Assembly (NCBI GenBank): GCA_903909555.1
Contig: CAIVWG010000006.1
Span: 1-56,073 of the forward strand
DNA from: an uncultured bacterium
GTDB taxonomy: Bacteria > Actinomycetota > Actinomycetes > S36-B12
Reading direction: 5' to 3'
DNA length: 56,073 bases
In this document: positions 8,699 to 20,028 of the stretch, piece after piece
Layout of the letters: each line of letters begins with the position of its first letter
Numbering within the stretch: position 1 is the stretch's first letter
Notes under the pieces: model-generated
Databases searched by the model: none
The model's input: the letters and a program-made list of their open reading frames with translations, nothing else
Told to the model about the DNA's origin: nothing
Translations under genes and position numbers: made by a program

Positions 8699-9241
8699 GT
8701 GCCCCGCCGCATCCACGAGCACCCGTCCCCGCGTCGCTTCGTCGCGGGGACCGTCGGCCTGCCGGGCGAACGCGCCTTCTACCTCCAGGCACAGTCAGAG
8801 CACGACCTGACGACGGTCCTTCTCGAGAAAGCCCAGGTGGCCATGCTCGCGGATCGCATCGCGGATCTCCTCGACCGCGTCAGCGCGGACGAGGAGCTTG
8901 CCGATCCTGCGTCCGACGACAACGATCCCCTCACGGTGCCCCTGGAGGAGCAGTTCCGCGTGGGAGTGCTCGCCCTGGGCTGGGAGGAGGATCGAGGCGA
9001 GGTCGTCGTCGAGGCGCACGCCCTCGGCGAGGAGGGCATCACGGCCGAGATCGGGGACAACGACCCCGAGGCCTCGGACACGCTGCGGGTCAGCCTCGCC
9101 CCCGCTGCTGCCCGGGCCTTCGTCAGGCGGGCTCGGGCGCTGGTGGCCGCCGGACGGCCGCCCTGTCCCTTCTGCCTGCAGCCGCTGGACCCGACCGGGC
9201 ACGTGTGCCCGCGCGCGAACGGATACCGGCGGCGCCCGTGA
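8699..9241 (+). CDS. DUF3090 family protein
   Basis: It has a C-terminal CPFCLQPLDPTGHVCPRANG zinc-knuckle-like motif and lies in the conserved position upstream of SCO1664-family/mshC. The GTG at 8699 is inside the 8597 ORF. Confidence 0.7.
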   Translation: MPRRIHEHPSPRRFVAGTVGLPGERAFYLQAQSEHDLTTVLLEKAQVAMLADRIADLLDRVSADEELADPASDDNDPLTVPLEEQFRVGVLALGWEEDRGEVVVEAHALGEEGITAEIGDNDPEASDTLRVSLAPAAARAFVRRARALVAAGRPPCPFCLQPLDPTGHVCPRANGYRRRP

Positions 9242-10044
9242 TGCCCGACGCTGACGAGAAGACCGTGCTGCAGCTCGGAGAACTGAACGTCGAGGGCCGG
9301 CTTCGGGCGGCCTCCAACACGACGCTGCTGTGCACTGCGACGCTCGACGGGGTGAGCGTCCGCTGCGTCTACAAGCCGCGCAAGGGCGAACGACCCCTGT
9401 GGGACTTCCCCTCGGGGACCCTGGGATACCGGGAGGTCGCGACCTTCGACCTTGCGGTGGCGATGGGCTGGGACCTCATCCCCACGACGCTGTGGCGAGA
9501 GGACGCACCCCTGGGACCCGGGATGTGCCAGGCGTGGCGGGACGCCGGCGAGCGTGACCCGGTGGAGGTCCTGCCCGCTGTAGAGGTGCCGCACGGCTGG
9601 CGCGTCGTCGCGGAGGGCGAGGGCACCGAAGGCGCGTCCGTATGCCTGGCACACGAGGACTCGGACGACCTGCGAAAGCTCGCGCTCTTCGATCTCATCG
9701 TGAACAACACCGACCGCAAGGGCGGCCACATCCTGCGCGACGAGTCGGGTCGCCTCGCGGGTATCGACCACGGCCTGACCTTCCACGTGGAGGACAAGGT
9801 GCGCACGGTGCTCTGGGGATGGGCGGGGGAGGAGATCACGGGCGAGGAGCGCGACGCCCTGGAGCGTCTCCGCCACGGTCCCGCCGCGGACGCGGAGAGC
9901 CTCGTCGAGGCGGCTCCCGGGCTGGCGCGCCTGAGTCGCCTCGAGGTCCGATCAGCCGTCGAGCGCCTCGACCAGGTGCTGGCCGCGGGCGCGTATCCCG
10001 TCCCCTACGGCGGTTGGCCGGCGCTGCCCTGGCCGGCGATGTAG
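9241..10044 (+). CDS. SCO1664 family protein (PI3/PI4-kinase-like fold)
   Basis: It has a catalytic-loop-like NNTDRKGGHIL and DHGLTFH. Its ATG overlaps the DUF3090 stop codon (ATGA). Confidence 0.7.
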   Translation: MPDADEKTVLQLGELNVEGRLRAASNTTLLCTATLDGVSVRCVYKPRKGERPLWDFPSGTLGYREVATFDLAVAMGWDLIPTTLWREDAPLGPGMCQAWRDAGERDPVEVLPAVEVPHGWRVVAEGEGTEGASVCLAHEDSDDLRKLALFDLIVNNTDRKGGHILRDESGRLAGIDHGLTFHVEDKVRTVLWGWAGEEITGEERDALERLRHGPAADAESLVEAAPGLARLSRLEVRSAVERLDQVLAAGAYPVPYGGWPALPWPAM

Positions 10045-10075
10045 GGAGGCGGGCCCGGTCGCCTAGGCTGCCGGG

Positions 10076-11311
10076 ATGCACGCGTGGCCCGCGCCTTCGA
10101 TCCCCCGGCTACCGGGCCGCGGTCCCGCATTGCGCCTCTTCGACTCGGCAACGCGTCAGGTGCGCCCGACGTCGCCGGGTCCTGAGGCCCGCCTGTACGT
10201 CTGTGGGATCACCCCGTATGACGCCACCCACATGGGCCACGCTGCGACCTACGTCTTCTTTGACATCGTCCAGCGCTGCTGGCTCGACGCGGGACACAGC
10301 GTGCACTACGTCCAGAACGTCACCGACATCGACGATCCGCTCCTCGAACGAGCGATCGCCACCGGACAGGACTGGAGGGAGATCGCGCGCCGCGAGACCG
10401 AGTTGTTCGCTCGGGACATGGAGGCCCTTCGGGTGCTGCCGCCGCGCGACTTCATCGGGGCGGTGGAGTCGATTCCCTCCGTGGTCGCTTGCATTGAGCG
10501 CCTTCAGGACCGTGGCTGCGTCTACGACCTCGAGGGCGACCTGTACTTCGATATCACCGCGGACCGGCTCTTCGGCGAGGTCTCCCATCTCGACGAGGAC
10601 GACATGCTGCGCCTCTTCGCCGAGCGCGGGGGCGATCCCGGTCGTCCCGGCAAGCGGCATCCGCTCGACCCCCTGCTGTGGCGGGCCGAGCGTCCGGACG
10701 AGCCCGCCTGGGACACCTCCCTGGGACACGGCCGTCCGGGCTGGCACATCGAATGCGTCGCCATCGCCCTGGACTGCATCGGCATGGGCTTCGACGTCCA
10801 GGGAGGTGGCCGAGACCTGGTCTTCCCGCATCATGAGATGGGGGCCTCGCACGCGGAGGTCATGACCGCGGAGTGGCCCTTTGCCCGCCACTACGTTCAC
10901 GTCGGCATGGTCGGTCTCGACGGCGAGAAGATGAGCAAGTCGCGCGGCAACCTCGTCTTCGTCTCCCGACTGCGCGAGGACGGAGTCGACCCGCGGGCGA
11001 TCCGACTCGCCCTGCTGGCCCAGCACTATCGCACCGACTGGGAGTGGACCCCGCTCACTCTGTCGGAGGCACAGGAAAGGCTGGCGTCCTGGCGAGCGGC
11101 GGCTGCCGCGTCCGCGGTGCCGACCGCGGGCGAGGCCGACGCGACCGTCGAGCGCATTCGCGAACGCCTGTCGGACGATCTCGACACCCCGGGCGCACTG
11201 GCGGCGGTGGACCGCTGGGCCGAGGGCGTGCGACTGCGCGGCGGATCGGCGGAAGGCGCACGAGCGGTGGCCCAGGCGTGCGATGCCCTCCTGGGGATCG
11301 ACCTGACCTGA
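10076..11311 (+). CDS. mshC: Cysteine:1-D-myo-inosityl 2-amino-2-deoxy-alpha-D-glucopyranoside ligase (mycothiol ligase)
   Basis: 411-aa CysRS paralogue with a HIGH-type motif (THMGH) and KMSKS ([10 protein letters not shown]). Confidence 0.9.
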   Translation: MHAWPAPSIPRLPGRGPALRLFDSATRQVRPTSPGPEARLYVCGITPYDATHMGHAATYVFFDIVQRCWLDAGHSVHYVQNVTDIDDPLLERAIATGQDWREIARRETELFARDMEALRVLPPRDFIGAVESIPSVVACIERLQDRGCVYDLEGDLYFDITADRLFGEVSHLDEDDMLRLFAERGGDPGRPGKRHPLDPLLWRAERPDEPAWDTSLGHGRPGWHIECVAIALDCIGMGFDVQGGGRDLVFPHHEMGASHAEVMTAEWPFARHYVHVGMVGLDGEKMSKSRGNLVFVSRLREDGVDPRAIRLALLAQHYRTDWEWTPLTLSEAQERLASWRAAAAASAVPTAGEADATVERIRERLSDDLDTPGALAAVDRWAEGVRLRGGSAEGARAVAQACDALLGIDLT

Positions 11312-11382
11312 GTGCGCTGCCCCAGGGCATCCGCTCGTGCGTACGGGGTCCTCCCGGCTCGCTGGCGTGCTCCCGAGTGAGG

Positions 11383-12417
11383 TCAGGACTTCTTCTCGTC
11401 GTGCCCGCCGAACTCCTTGCGCTGCGCCGACAGCACGCGGTTCGCGAAGTCGCCCATGCCCTGCGACTCGAACCGCTCGTAGACGGCTGCGGTGAGCACG
11501 GGCGCGGGCACGCCCTCCTCGATCGCGGCGATGGAGGTCCAACGCCCTTCGCCGGAGTCGGAGACGCGACCGCTGAACTCGTCGAGGCCGGGGGACTTGC
11601 TCAGCGCGAGTGCCGTGAGGTCCAGCAGCCACGAGCCGATCACGCTGCCCCGGCGCCACACCTCGGTGATCGCGGGCAGGTCGAATTGATACTGGTAAAA
11701 CTCTGGGTGCTCCAGGGGCGCGGTCTCGGCGTCCTGCTCGCGCGAGCGCAGCCCGGTGTCGGCATGCTTGAGGATGTTGAGGCCCTCCGCGAACGCGGCC
11801 ATGATGCCGTACTCGATCCCGTTGTGCACCATCTTCACGAAGTGCCCGGCACCGCTGGGGCCGCAGTGCAGCCAGCCGGCCTCGCCCGCCACCAGCGGAC
11901 CCGTGCGGTCGCCGGTGCGCTCCGCGGCGTCGACCCCGGGCGCAATAGACGCCCAGATGGGCTCGAGACGGCCCACGGGCTCGTCCTCGCCGCCGATCAT
12001 GAGCGAGTAGCCGCGGTCGAGCCCCCACACGCCGCCGGACGTGCCGCAGTCGATGTAGTGCAGCCCTAGCGGCGCGACCTTCGCGGCGCGCCTGATGTCG
12101 TCGCGGTAGTAGGAGTTGCCCCCGTCGATGATGGAGTCACCGGAGGACAGGACCTGGGCGAGATCGTCCACGACCGCCTCGGTGATCGCCCCGGCCGGCA
12201 CCATGGCCCAGACCGCCCGGGGCGGAGTCATCGCCGCAGCGAGCTCCTCGAGGCTGGCCGCCCCGATCGCCCCCTCGGCGACGAGAGCCGCGACGGCCGC
12301 CGGATCACGGTCGTAGACCACGGCCTTATGTCCGTCACGCATGATGCGGCGCACGATGTTGGCACCCATGCGGCCGAGACCGACCATGCCCAGTTGCATC
12401 GGCTTCGACGTGGCCAT
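11383..12417 (-). CDS. gnd: 6-phosphogluconate dehydrogenase, decarboxylating (short form)
   Basis: It has a Rossmann motif (MVGLGRMGANI) and a GNSYYRDD...HFVKMVHNGIEYG core. Confidence 0.85.
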   Translation of the reverse strand: MATSKPMQLGMVGLGRMGANIVRRIMRDGHKAVVYDRDPAAVAALVAEGAIGAASLEELAAAMTPPRAVWAMVPAGAITEAVVDDLAQVLSSGDSIIDGGNSYYRDDIRRAAKVAPLGLHYIDCGTSGGVWGLDRGYSLMIGGEDEPVGRLEPIWASIAPGVDAAERTGDRTGPLVAGEAGWLHCGPSGAGHFVKMVHNGIEYGIMAAFAEGLNILKHADTGLRSREQDAETAPLEHPEFYQYQFDLPAITEVWRRGSVIGSWLLDLTALALSKSPGLDEFSGRVSDSGEGRWTSIAAIEEGVPAPVLTAAVYERFESQGMGDFANRVLSAQRKEFGGHDEKKS

Positions 12418-12511
12418 CCCGGCCCCCTCCCTGTGACGGCGGCCGGGATGGCCGCCCGCGAATCGCGTCGAGCGCTGTACGAGCCACCCAACCTAGTGCA
12501 AGGCTGCCCGC

Positions 12512-14173
12512 ATGAGCCTGACGGAATCCGGCAATCCCACCCAGGCGCCCGCGTGGGGGCGCCTGTCCGCCCTCGCGGACCCGCTGCGGGAGCGACACCT
12601 GCGCGACATCTTCGCCGCCGAGCCGGGCCGGGGCCCCGAGTGGACGCGCGAGGGAGCGGGTCTGAGGGTGGACTTCAGCAAGCAGCGGCTCACATCCGAG
12701 GTGTTGGAGGCACTCCTCGATCTCGCCCGGGAGCGCGGCGTCCTCGCACGCAGGGACGCGATGTTCGCGGGCGAGCACATCAACGTGACCGAGGATCGCG
12801 CGGTCCTCCACACGGCGCTGAGACTGCCGGCCGGCACCGCCCTCGTCGTGGACGGGGCCGATGTGGGGGCGGCGGTGCACGAGGTGCTCGACCGCATGGG
12901 CGACTTCGCGACCCGCGTGCGCGACGGCCGGTGGACCGGCGCGACGGGCCAGCGCATCGTCAACGTCGTCAATATCGGGATCGGAGGATCTGACCTGGGA
13001 CCGGCCATGGCCTACACGGCTTTGCGCTACTACTCAGATCGCGCCATGGTGTTCCGCTTCGTGTCCAACGTGGATCCCACGGACATCAGCGAGGCACTGC
13101 GCGGACTGGATCCCGCGGAGACCCTCTTCATCGTGGCATCGAAGACCTTCGGCACCCAGGAGACGCTCACCAATGCCCGGGCCGCACGCGACTGGATCGT
13201 CGAAGCCCTGGGGGAGGAGGCCGTCGAGCGCCACTTCGTCGCGGTGTCGACGAACGCGGAGCGGGTCGCGGCGTTCGGCATCGACACCGCCAACATGTTC
13301 GGCTTCTGGGACTGGGTGGGCGGACGGTACTCGATGGACAGCGCCATCGGGCTCAGCACGATGATCGCGATCGGCCCGGAGGGCTTCGGACGGATGCTTG
13401 CGGGCTTCCGCGACATGGACGAGCACTTCCGCAGTGCGGCGCCCGCCGACAACATACCGCTGCTCATGGGTCTCATCGCCGTGTGGAACCGCGACTTCCT
13501 CGACATCCCGACCAACGCGGTCCTGCCCTACGCCCAGTTCCTCTCGCGATTCCCGGCCTACCTGCAGCAGCTCACCATGGAGAGCAACGGGAAGTCCGTG
13601 CGCATCGATGGCGCTCACGTCGACTACAACACCGGCGCGATCTACTGGGGAGAGCCCGGGACGAACGGGCAGCATTCCTTCTACCAGCTCCTCCACCAGG
13701 GCACCGAGATCGTGTCCTGCGACTTCATCCTCTTCGCCCAGGCACTGGAGCCGGTCTTCGACATGCAGGACATGCTCGCGGCCAACGCCCTGGCCCAGGC
13801 GGCGGTCCTGGCGTTCGGGCGCACTCCCGAGGAGGTCCGCGCCGAGGGCACCCCGGAGGACCTCATCCCGCACAAGGTCATGCCGGGCAACCGGCCGTCC
13901 ACCTTCGTGCTCGTCGAGCGGCTCGACCCTCAGGTGCTGGGGGCGCTCATCGCGCTCTACGAGCACAGCGTCTTCGTACAGGGCGCCGTGTGGGGGATCG
14001 ACAGCTTCGATCAGTGGGGGGTGGAGCTCGGCAAGGCCATGGCCAACTCGATCCTGCCCGATCTGCAGGACCCCGATCGCCCTCTCGACCGCGACTCGTC
14101 CACGGACGCCCTCATCGAGGCCTACCGGAGCATGCGGGTGCCACCCCACCCGCAGCGCGACCAGCCGGGCTAG
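12512..14173 (+). CDS. pgi: Glucose-6-phosphate isomerase
   Basis: 553 aa with [15 protein letters not shown] and DQWGVELGK motifs. Confidence 0.92.
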   Translation: MSLTESGNPTQAPAWGRLSALADPLRERHLRDIFAAEPGRGPEWTREGAGLRVDFSKQRLTSEVLEALLDLARERGVLARRDAMFAGEHINVTEDRAVLHTALRLPAGTALVVDGADVGAAVHEVLDRMGDFATRVRDGRWTGATGQRIVNVVNIGIGGSDLGPAMAYTALRYYSDRAMVFRFVSNVDPTDISEALRGLDPAETLFIVASKTFGTQETLTNARAARDWIVEALGEEAVERHFVAVSTNAERVAAFGIDTANMFGFWDWVGGRYSMDSAIGLSTMIAIGPEGFGRMLAGFRDMDEHFRSAAPADNIPLLMGLIAVWNRDFLDIPTNAVLPYAQFLSRFPAYLQQLTMESNGKSVRIDGAHVDYNTGAIYWGEPGTNGQHSFYQLLHQGTEIVSCDFILFAQALEPVFDMQDMLAANALAQAAVLAFGRTPEEVRAEGTPEDLIPHKVMPGNRPSTFVLVERLDPQVLGALIALYEHSVFVQGAVWGIDSFDQWGVELGKAMANSILPDLQDPDRPLDRDSSTDALIEAYRSMRVPPHPQRDQPG

Positions 14174-15021
14174 GGGCCGTCGACACCGCGACGGCGCAGA
14201 TAGCGCTCGAACTCCCGGGCGATCGCCTCGCCGCTCGCCTCCGGAAGGTCGGTGGTGTCCCGCGCCTCCTCCAGCTGACGCACGTAGTCCGCGACCTCCT
14301 CGTCCTCCGCGGCCAGCTCGTCGACCCCGATCTCCCAGGCGCGAGCATCCTCGACGAGGTCGCCCAGGGGCACGGGGACATCAAGGAGGTCCTCGACACG
14401 GCGCACGAGGGCGAGCGTCGCCTTGGGCGAGGGTGCCTGAGCGACATAGTGAGGGACGGCCGCCCACAGGGACACGGCCGGGAGCCCACGGCGGGCGCAG
14501 GCCTCCTGGAGCACTCCGACGATGCCGGTGGGTCCCTCGTAGCGGGAGGACTCCACGCCCAGTTGCCGCGCCAGCCCGGGCTCCGTCGCGGTCCCGGTGA
14601 TGGGGACGGGGCGGGTGTGAGGGCTGTCGGACAGCAGCGCGCCCAGCGTGACCACCATGGTGATGCCGAGGTCGGCACTGACGCCGAGGAGCTCGTCGGT
14701 GAACTGTCGCCACCGCATGTTGGGCTCCACGCCGTGGACGAGCACGATGTCGCGGGTCGCGAGGGGCAGACGCGCGACGTGGAGTCGGGTCGAGGGCCAG
14801 GTCAGGCGCCGTACGCCGCTGTCGTCGAAGGAGATGGTGGGGCGGTTCACCTGGTAGTCGTAGTAATCCTCGGAGTCCATCTCCCCGAGGGGCTGAGCGC
14901 TCCACGCGTCGCCGAGATGGTCGATGGCGTCGCTGGCCGCGTCGCCCGCGTCATTCCAGCCCTCGAAGGCCGCCACGAGTACCGGGTCGACCAACTCGGG
15001 CAGCGACTCGAACTCGATCAT
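14170..15021 (-). CDS. PAC2 (proteasome assembly chaperone-like) family protein
   Basis: The sequence [30 protein letters not shown] is typical of actinobacterial PAC2 proteins. An SD (GAGGAG) precedes ATG 15021. Confidence 0.7.
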   Translation of the reverse strand: MIEFESLPELVDPVLVAAFEGWNDAGDAASDAIDHLGDAWSAQPLGEMDSEDYYDYQVNRPTISFDDSGVRRLTWPSTRLHVARLPLATRDIVLVHGVEPNMRWRQFTDELLGVSADLGITMVVTLGALLSDSPHTRPVPITGTATEPGLARQLGVESSRYEGPTGIVGVLQEACARRGLPAVSLWAAVPHYVAQAPSPKATLALVRRVEDLLDVPVPLGDLVEDARAWEIGVDELAAEDEEVADYVRQLEEARDTTDLPEASGEAIAREFERYLRRRGVDGP

Positions 15022-15107
15022 GCAGGCTCCTCGTGCGGCCCCGGACCCCGGTGACTCCGCGGACGTCGCCACCCTACGACAGGGCGGCGCCCTAGGCTGG
15101 CGCCACC

Positions 15108-15809
15108 ATGACAACCCCGGTCCGGACGCCCGCGGCGGTCCTCTTCGATATGGACGGCACCCTCGTGGACACCGAGGAGCTGTGGTGGCGGGGCGAGTGC
15201 GAGGTGATGAGGGCGCTGGGGACCGAGTGGACCCGGGAGGACCAGGCGGTGTGCCTGGGGGGCCCTCTCGAGCGCGTCACGGCCTACATGCGCGAGCGCA
15301 CCGGGGGTGCCGCATCGGAGGACCAGATCGGCGAGACGCTCCTGGCCGCGGTGGAGCGGCTCATGCGCACCGAGCCGCTCGCCTGGCGCCCGGGAGCGCC
15401 GGAGCTCCTGCAGGAGTGCCGCGAGGCCGGCTGCCCCACCGCCCTCGTCTCCGCGTCGCACCGACCACTCGTGCTCGCCATCGCCGAGGCCGTGGCCCGT
15501 GACCTCGATCTCCCCGCGGAGCTGATCTTCGACGCCACCGTCGCGGGGGACGAGGTGAGCGACTCCAAGCCGCACCCAGAGCCGTATCTCGCCGCGGCGC
15601 GGGCGCTGGGCGTGCCCATCGAGAGGTGCGTGGTGATCGAGGACTCACCGACCGGCGTGGAGTCCGGCCAGGCGAGCGGCGCGCTCGTCGTGGCAGTACC
15701 GCACATCGTCGACATCCCCGCGGCTCCTCGACGCAGGGTCGTGGCCACTCTCGAGGGCGTGACGCTCGAGGTACTCGGGGACTGGGTGAGCCAGGCAGCC
15801 GTTGGGTAG
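15108..15809 (+). CDS. HAD-superfamily hydrolase (phosphatase, subfamily IA-like)
   Basis: It has the DxDxT motif (LFDMDGTLVDT), a SASHR motif and a distal EDSPTG motif. Confidence 0.8.
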   Translation: MTTPVRTPAAVLFDMDGTLVDTEELWWRGECEVMRALGTEWTREDQAVCLGGPLERVTAYMRERTGGAASEDQIGETLLAAVERLMRTEPLAWRPGAPELLQECREAGCPTALVSASHRPLVLAIAEAVARDLDLPAELIFDATVAGDEVSDSKPHPEPYLAAARALGVPIERCVVIEDSPTGVESGQASGALVVAVPHIVDIPAAPRRRVVATLEGVTLEVLGDWVSQAAVG

Positions 15810-16755
15810 CCTCGGCGCGGTGAACGGTGACGGCGAGCCGACGGCGGAATCCCTCCGGGAGCCCGAGCCCCCCGAGGCCCCCCTGCGACCGCTGGCTCCC
15901 GGCGACGTCTGCCAGCTCACCGACCCGCGCGGTCATCACCACACGCTGGTGCTCGAGAGTGGCAAGGTCTTCCATACCCACAGGGGCGGTATCGCCCACG
16001 ACGACATCATCGGCAGCCCGGACGGCTGCGTGGCGACGTCCACCGGGGGCACGACGTACGTCGTCCTCCGATCCCTGCTCGAGGACTTCATCCTGTCCAT
16101 GCCCCGCGGCGCAGCGGTGATCTACCCCAAGGACGCGGCCCGCATCGTCATGGCCGCCGACCTGCGCCCGGGATCGCGGGTGCTCGAGGCTGGAGGCGGC
16201 TCCGGCGCGCTCACCTGCGCCCTGCTCACCGCCGTCGGTCCGGAGGGCCAGGTCGTATCGTGGGAACGACGCGAAGACTTCGCCGAGGTGGCGCGCTCGA
16301 ACGTCACGCGATGGTTCGGGGCCGCGCCCGGCAACTGGCATCTCGGCATCGGCGACGTGCGCGACGCCGTGTCCGACGGGAGCGTCGCGCACGGTGCCTT
16401 CGACGCGGTGATCTGGGACATGCTCGATCCGTGGGAGTGCCTCCGGGCGGCGGCCAATGCGCTTCGGCCGGGAGGAGTCCTGGTGACGTACGTCGCGACC
16501 ACGACGCAGCTGTCGCGCGTGGCGGAGGACGTGCGCGCCATGGGCGGGTGGACCGAGCCTCGGGCGGAGGAGTCGCTGGTGCGGACCTGGCACCTGGAAG
16601 GCCTGGCGGTGCGCCCGGACCACCGCATGATCGGTCACACCGGCTTCCTCCTCACGACGCGACGGCTCGCCCCCGGGACCGTGCCCCCCGCTCGCCGTCG
16701 CCGCCCTGCCAAGGGCGCCTACCCGACTCCCGCGGAGCCCGACCGCTCGTCGTAG
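15802..16755 (+). CDS. trmI: tRNA (adenine58-N1)-methyltransferase
   Basis: It has FHTHRGGIAHDDIIG and a SAM motif (LEAGGGSGALT). The start may instead be the GTG at 15820. Confidence 0.8.
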   Translation: MGSLGAVNGDGEPTAESLREPEPPEAPLRPLAPGDVCQLTDPRGHHHTLVLESGKVFHTHRGGIAHDDIIGSPDGCVATSTGGTTYVVLRSLLEDFILSMPRGAAVIYPKDAARIVMAADLRPGSRVLEAGGGSGALTCALLTAVGPEGQVVSWERREDFAEVARSNVTRWFGAAPGNWHLGIGDVRDAVSDGSVAHGAFDAVIWDMLDPWECLRAAANALRPGGVLVTYVATTTQLSRVAEDVRAMGGWTEPRAEESLVRTWHLEGLAVRPDHRMIGHTGFLLTTRRLAPGTVPPARRRRPAKGAYPTPAEPDRSS

Positions 16756-16803
16756 CGCGCCCCGAACCTCCCGCCTGGGTAGGGTCGGGGGAGGAGGTGA
16801 GCG

Positions 16804-18498
16804 ATGGCGACCCACGAGCCGACCCGGCCGGACGACACCGGCGCGCGTCCGGGCACGCCCGGCGCGGGACGCAGCGTCGACGAGCGCCTGCGGGTCCTGG
16901 AGTCGGAGCTCGCCTCGGCCCAGGCGCACAACGCCCGCCTCGTGGCGACCCTGCGGGATGCCCGCGAGCAGATCGTCACGCTCAAGTCCGAGGTCGACAA
17001 GCTCGCCGAGCCGCCCGGGAGTTACGGCGTGTTCCTCGCCTCCCTGCCCGACGGATCCCTGGACGTGGCTGTGTCGGGGCGCAAGATGCGACTCGTTCCC
17101 ATGCCCGGGCTCGAGTTGTCGTCGCTGCGCCCCGGCCAGGAGGTCATGCTCAACGAGTCGCTCAATGTCGTGGGCGTCCGGGAGTTCGAGCGCCTGGGCG
17201 AGATCGTCATGTTCAAGGAGCTCCTCACCGACGGGGAGCGAGCCCTCGTCATCGGTCGCGCCGACGAGGAGCGCGTGGTGTGCCTCGCCGAGCCGCTGCG
17301 CGACCGGGTGCTACGGGCAGGGGACTCGCTGCTGATGGAGCCGCGCTCCGGCTACGTGTTCGAAGTCATCCCCAAGTCCGAGGTCGAGGAGCTCGTGCTC
17401 GAGGAGGTTCCCGATGTCGACTACTCCGACATCGGCGGGCTCGGCCGCCAGATCGACCAGATCCGCGACGCGGTGGAGTTGCCCTTCCTCCATCCGGATC
17501 TCTTCCTCGAGCATCAGCTCGCGCCGCCCAAGGGGATCCTGCTCTACGGACCCCCCGGCTGCGGCAAGACGCTCATCGCCAAGGCGGTCGCGCACTCGCT
17601 GGCGAGGAAGGTGGCGGAGCGGACCGGCCGCGAGGAGGGCCGCTCGTACTTCCTCAACATCAAGGGCCCGGAGCTCCTCAACAAGTACGTCGGCGAAACC
17701 GAGCGGCACATCCGCCTGGTGTTCCAGCGTGCGCGCGAAAAGGCCTCCGAGGGGATGCCGGTCATCGTGTTCTTCGACGAGATGGACTCGCTGTTCCGCA
17801 CCCGCGGCTCCGGGGTCTCCAGTGACGTCGAGAACACCATCGTGCCCCAGCTGCTCAGTGAGATCGACGGCGTGGAGAGCCTGGAGAACGTCATCGTCAT
17901 CGGGGCCTCCAACCGCGAGGACATGATCGATCCGGCCATCCTCAGGCCGGGGCGCCTCGACGTGAAGATCAAGATCGAGCGTCCCGATGCGGAGTCCGCG
18001 CGCGACATCCTCAGCAAGTACCTCACCCCCAACCTTCCGCTGCATCCGGAGGACCTCGCCGAGCACGGCGGCTCGCCCGAGGCCACGTGCGCGGCCATGA
18101 TCCAGCGCGCCGTCGAGCGCATGTACGCCGAGAGCGAGGAGAACCGCTTCCTCGAGGTCACCTACGCCAATGGCGACAAGGAGATCCTGTACTTCAAGGA
18201 CTTCAACTCCGGGGCGATGCTGGAGAACATCGTGGCCCGCGCGAAGAAGATGGCGATCAAGGACTTCCTCGACACGGGCCAGAAGGGCCTCCGCGTCCAG
18301 CACATCCTCTCGGCCTGCGTCGACGAGTTCCGCGAGAACGAGGACCTCCCTAACACCACCAACCCCGACGACTGGGCCCGGATCTCCGGCAAGAAGGGCG
18401 AGCGCATCGTGTTCATCCGAACGCTCGTGCAGGGCAAGCAGGGCACGGAGGCCGGCCGCTCGATCGACACGGTCTCCCACACCGGCCAGTACCTCTGA
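16804..18498 (+). CDS. arc: Proteasome-associated AAA ATPase (ARC/Mpa)
   Basis: It has an N-terminal coiled coil, Walker A (GPPGCGKT), Walker B (VIVFFDEMD) and a C-terminal GQYL proteasome-docking motif. Confidence 0.95.
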   Translation: MATHEPTRPDDTGARPGTPGAGRSVDERLRVLESELASAQAHNARLVATLRDAREQIVTLKSEVDKLAEPPGSYGVFLASLPDGSLDVAVSGRKMRLVPMPGLELSSLRPGQEVMLNESLNVVGVREFERLGEIVMFKELLTDGERALVIGRADEERVVCLAEPLRDRVLRAGDSLLMEPRSGYVFEVIPKSEVEELVLEEVPDVDYSDIGGLGRQIDQIRDAVELPFLHPDLFLEHQLAPPKGILLYGPPGCGKTLIAKAVAHSLARKVAERTGREEGRSYFLNIKGPELLNKYVGETERHIRLVFQRAREKASEGMPVIVFFDEMDSLFRTRGSGVSSDVENTIVPQLLSEIDGVESLENVIVIGASNREDMIDPAILRPGRLDVKIKIERPDAESARDILSKYLTPNLPLHPEDLAEHGGSPEATCAAMIQRAVERMYAESEENRFLEVTYANGDKEILYFKDFNSGAMLENIVARAKKMAIKDFLDTGQKGLRVQHILSACVDEFRENEDLPNTTNPDDWARISGKKGERIVFIRTLVQGKQGTEAGRSIDTVSHTGQYL

Positions 18499-18513
18499 TC
18501 GGCCGGGTGCACC

Positions 18514-20028
18514 GTGTCGGTTCACCGCGTGATGGGCATCGAGACCGAGTACGGCATCTCCGTCCCAGGCCATCCGCACGTCAACGCCATGGCGACGTCG
18601 TCCCAGGTGGTCCTGGCGTACAACGGCATCGCGGTGGGCGACCGCCGCGGCCGGGCGCGCTGGGACTTCGACGACGAGCACCCGCTGCGCGACGCCCGGG
18701 GGTACGACCTCAGCCGGGCCGAGGCGGACCCGACGCAACTCACCGACGAGGATCTCGGCCTCGCCAACCTCATCCTCACCAATGGGGCACGGCTGTACGT
18801 CGACCATGCGCACCCCGAGTACAGCTCGCCCGAGGTCACCAACCCGCGCGATGCGGTCCTGTGGGACCGCGCGGGGCAGGAGATCATGGCGGAGGCAGCC
18901 GCGGCCGCGACCCGCGACGGGCCCTTCACCATCCAGCTCTACAAGAACAACACCGACAACAAGGGCGCGTCCTACGGCACCCATGAGAACTACCTCATGC
19001 GGCGGGGCACCCCCTTCTCCTCGATCGTCCGTGATCTCACGCCCTTCTTCGTGACCCGGCAGGTCTTCACCGGAGCAGGTCGCGTCGGCCTCGGCCAGGA
19101 CGGCCGCGGCCAGGGCTTCCAACTGTCCCAGCGCGCCGACTTCTTCGAGGTCGAGGTCGGACTCGAGACCACGCTCAAGAGGCCGATCATCAATACCCGC
19201 GACGAACCGCATGCCGACCCCGAGCGCTACCGCCGCCTCCACGTCATCGTGGGCGACGCGAACCTCTGCGAGGCGGCGACGTACCTCAAGATGGGCACGA
19301 CGTCCCTGGTCCTGGCGCTCATCGAGGCCGAGGCCCTCGGGGACGACCTCACCCTCGCCGATCCCGTGCGCGAGATGCACGAGGTGTCGCACGATCCCAC
19401 CCTGTCCCACCGCCTCCGGCTGCGCGACGGGCGCGCGATGACGGCGCTCGAGATCCAGCGCGCCTACCTCGACGCAGCGGCGCGCCTGGTGGAGGCGCAG
19501 GCGGTGCCGGGCACCGACCCGCAGACGGCGGACGTCCTCGCCCGATGGGCAGCGGTGCTCGACGACCTGGGGGAGGACCCTCGACGGGCCGCCGACCGGG
19601 TGGACTGGGTGGCGAAGCTGGGCCTGCTCGAGGGGTACCGCCGCCGCGATGGACTCGACTGGGGCGCGGCACGGCTGGAACTCGTGGACCTGCAGTACTC
19701 CGACCTCCGCCCGGACCGCGGGCTGGCGGCGCGCCTCGAGGCCGGGGGGCGCCTGGAGCGGCTCACCAGCGCGGAGGAGGTCGCCCACGCGAAGGTGCAT
19801 CCTCCGGTGGACACCCGCGCCTACTTCCGGGGTGAGTGCCTGCGGCGCTACGGCGACGCCGTCGCGGCGGCGTCCTGGGACTCGGTGATCTTCGACATCC
19901 CGGGCCACGACGCGCTCCAGCGGGTGCCCACGCTCGAGCCGGTGCGGGGCACGCGCGACCATGTCGGGCACTTGCTCGACAGCTCGGCCACCGCGGCCGA
20001 GCTCCTCGACGCCCTGCGCGAAAGGTGA
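18514..20028 (+). CDS. dop: Pup deamidase/depupylase
   Basis: It has the GIETEYG N-terminus of the PafA/Dop family. It lies between arc and pup and is longer than PafA (504 aa). Confidence 0.9.
   Translation: MSVHRVMGIETEYGISVPGHPHVNAMATSSQVVLAYNGIAVGDRRGRARWDFDDEHPLRDARGYDLSRAEADPTQLTDEDLGLANLILTNGARLYVDHAHPEYSSPEVTNPRDAVLWDRAGQEIMAEAAAAATRDGPFTIQLYKNNTDNKGASYGTHENYLMRRGTPFSSIVRDLTPFFVTRQVFTGAGRVGLGQDGRGQGFQLSQRADFFEVEVGLETTLKRPIINTRDEPHADPERYRRLHVIVGDANLCEAATYLKMGTTSLVLALIEAEALGDDLTLADPVREMHEVSHDPTLSHRLRLRDGRAMTALEIQRAYLDAAARLVEAQAVPGTDPQTADVLARWAAVLDDLGEDPRRAADRVDWVAKLGLLEGYRRRDGLDWGAARLELVDLQYSDLRPDRGLAARLEAGGRLERLTSAEEVAHAKVHPPVDTRAYFRGECLRRYGDAVAAASWDSVIFDIPGHDALQRVPTLEPVRGTRDHVGHLLDSSATAAELLDALRER

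Noticed and set aside
7915-8712. N-terminal 265-aa extension of the corA ORF (track start 8712)
   Set aside because: The extension is antisense to the histidine-phosphatase gene and is Arg/Gly-rich with no motifs. CorA homology begins near VIRCFGVY, where a GTG with a GGAGGG SD is present.
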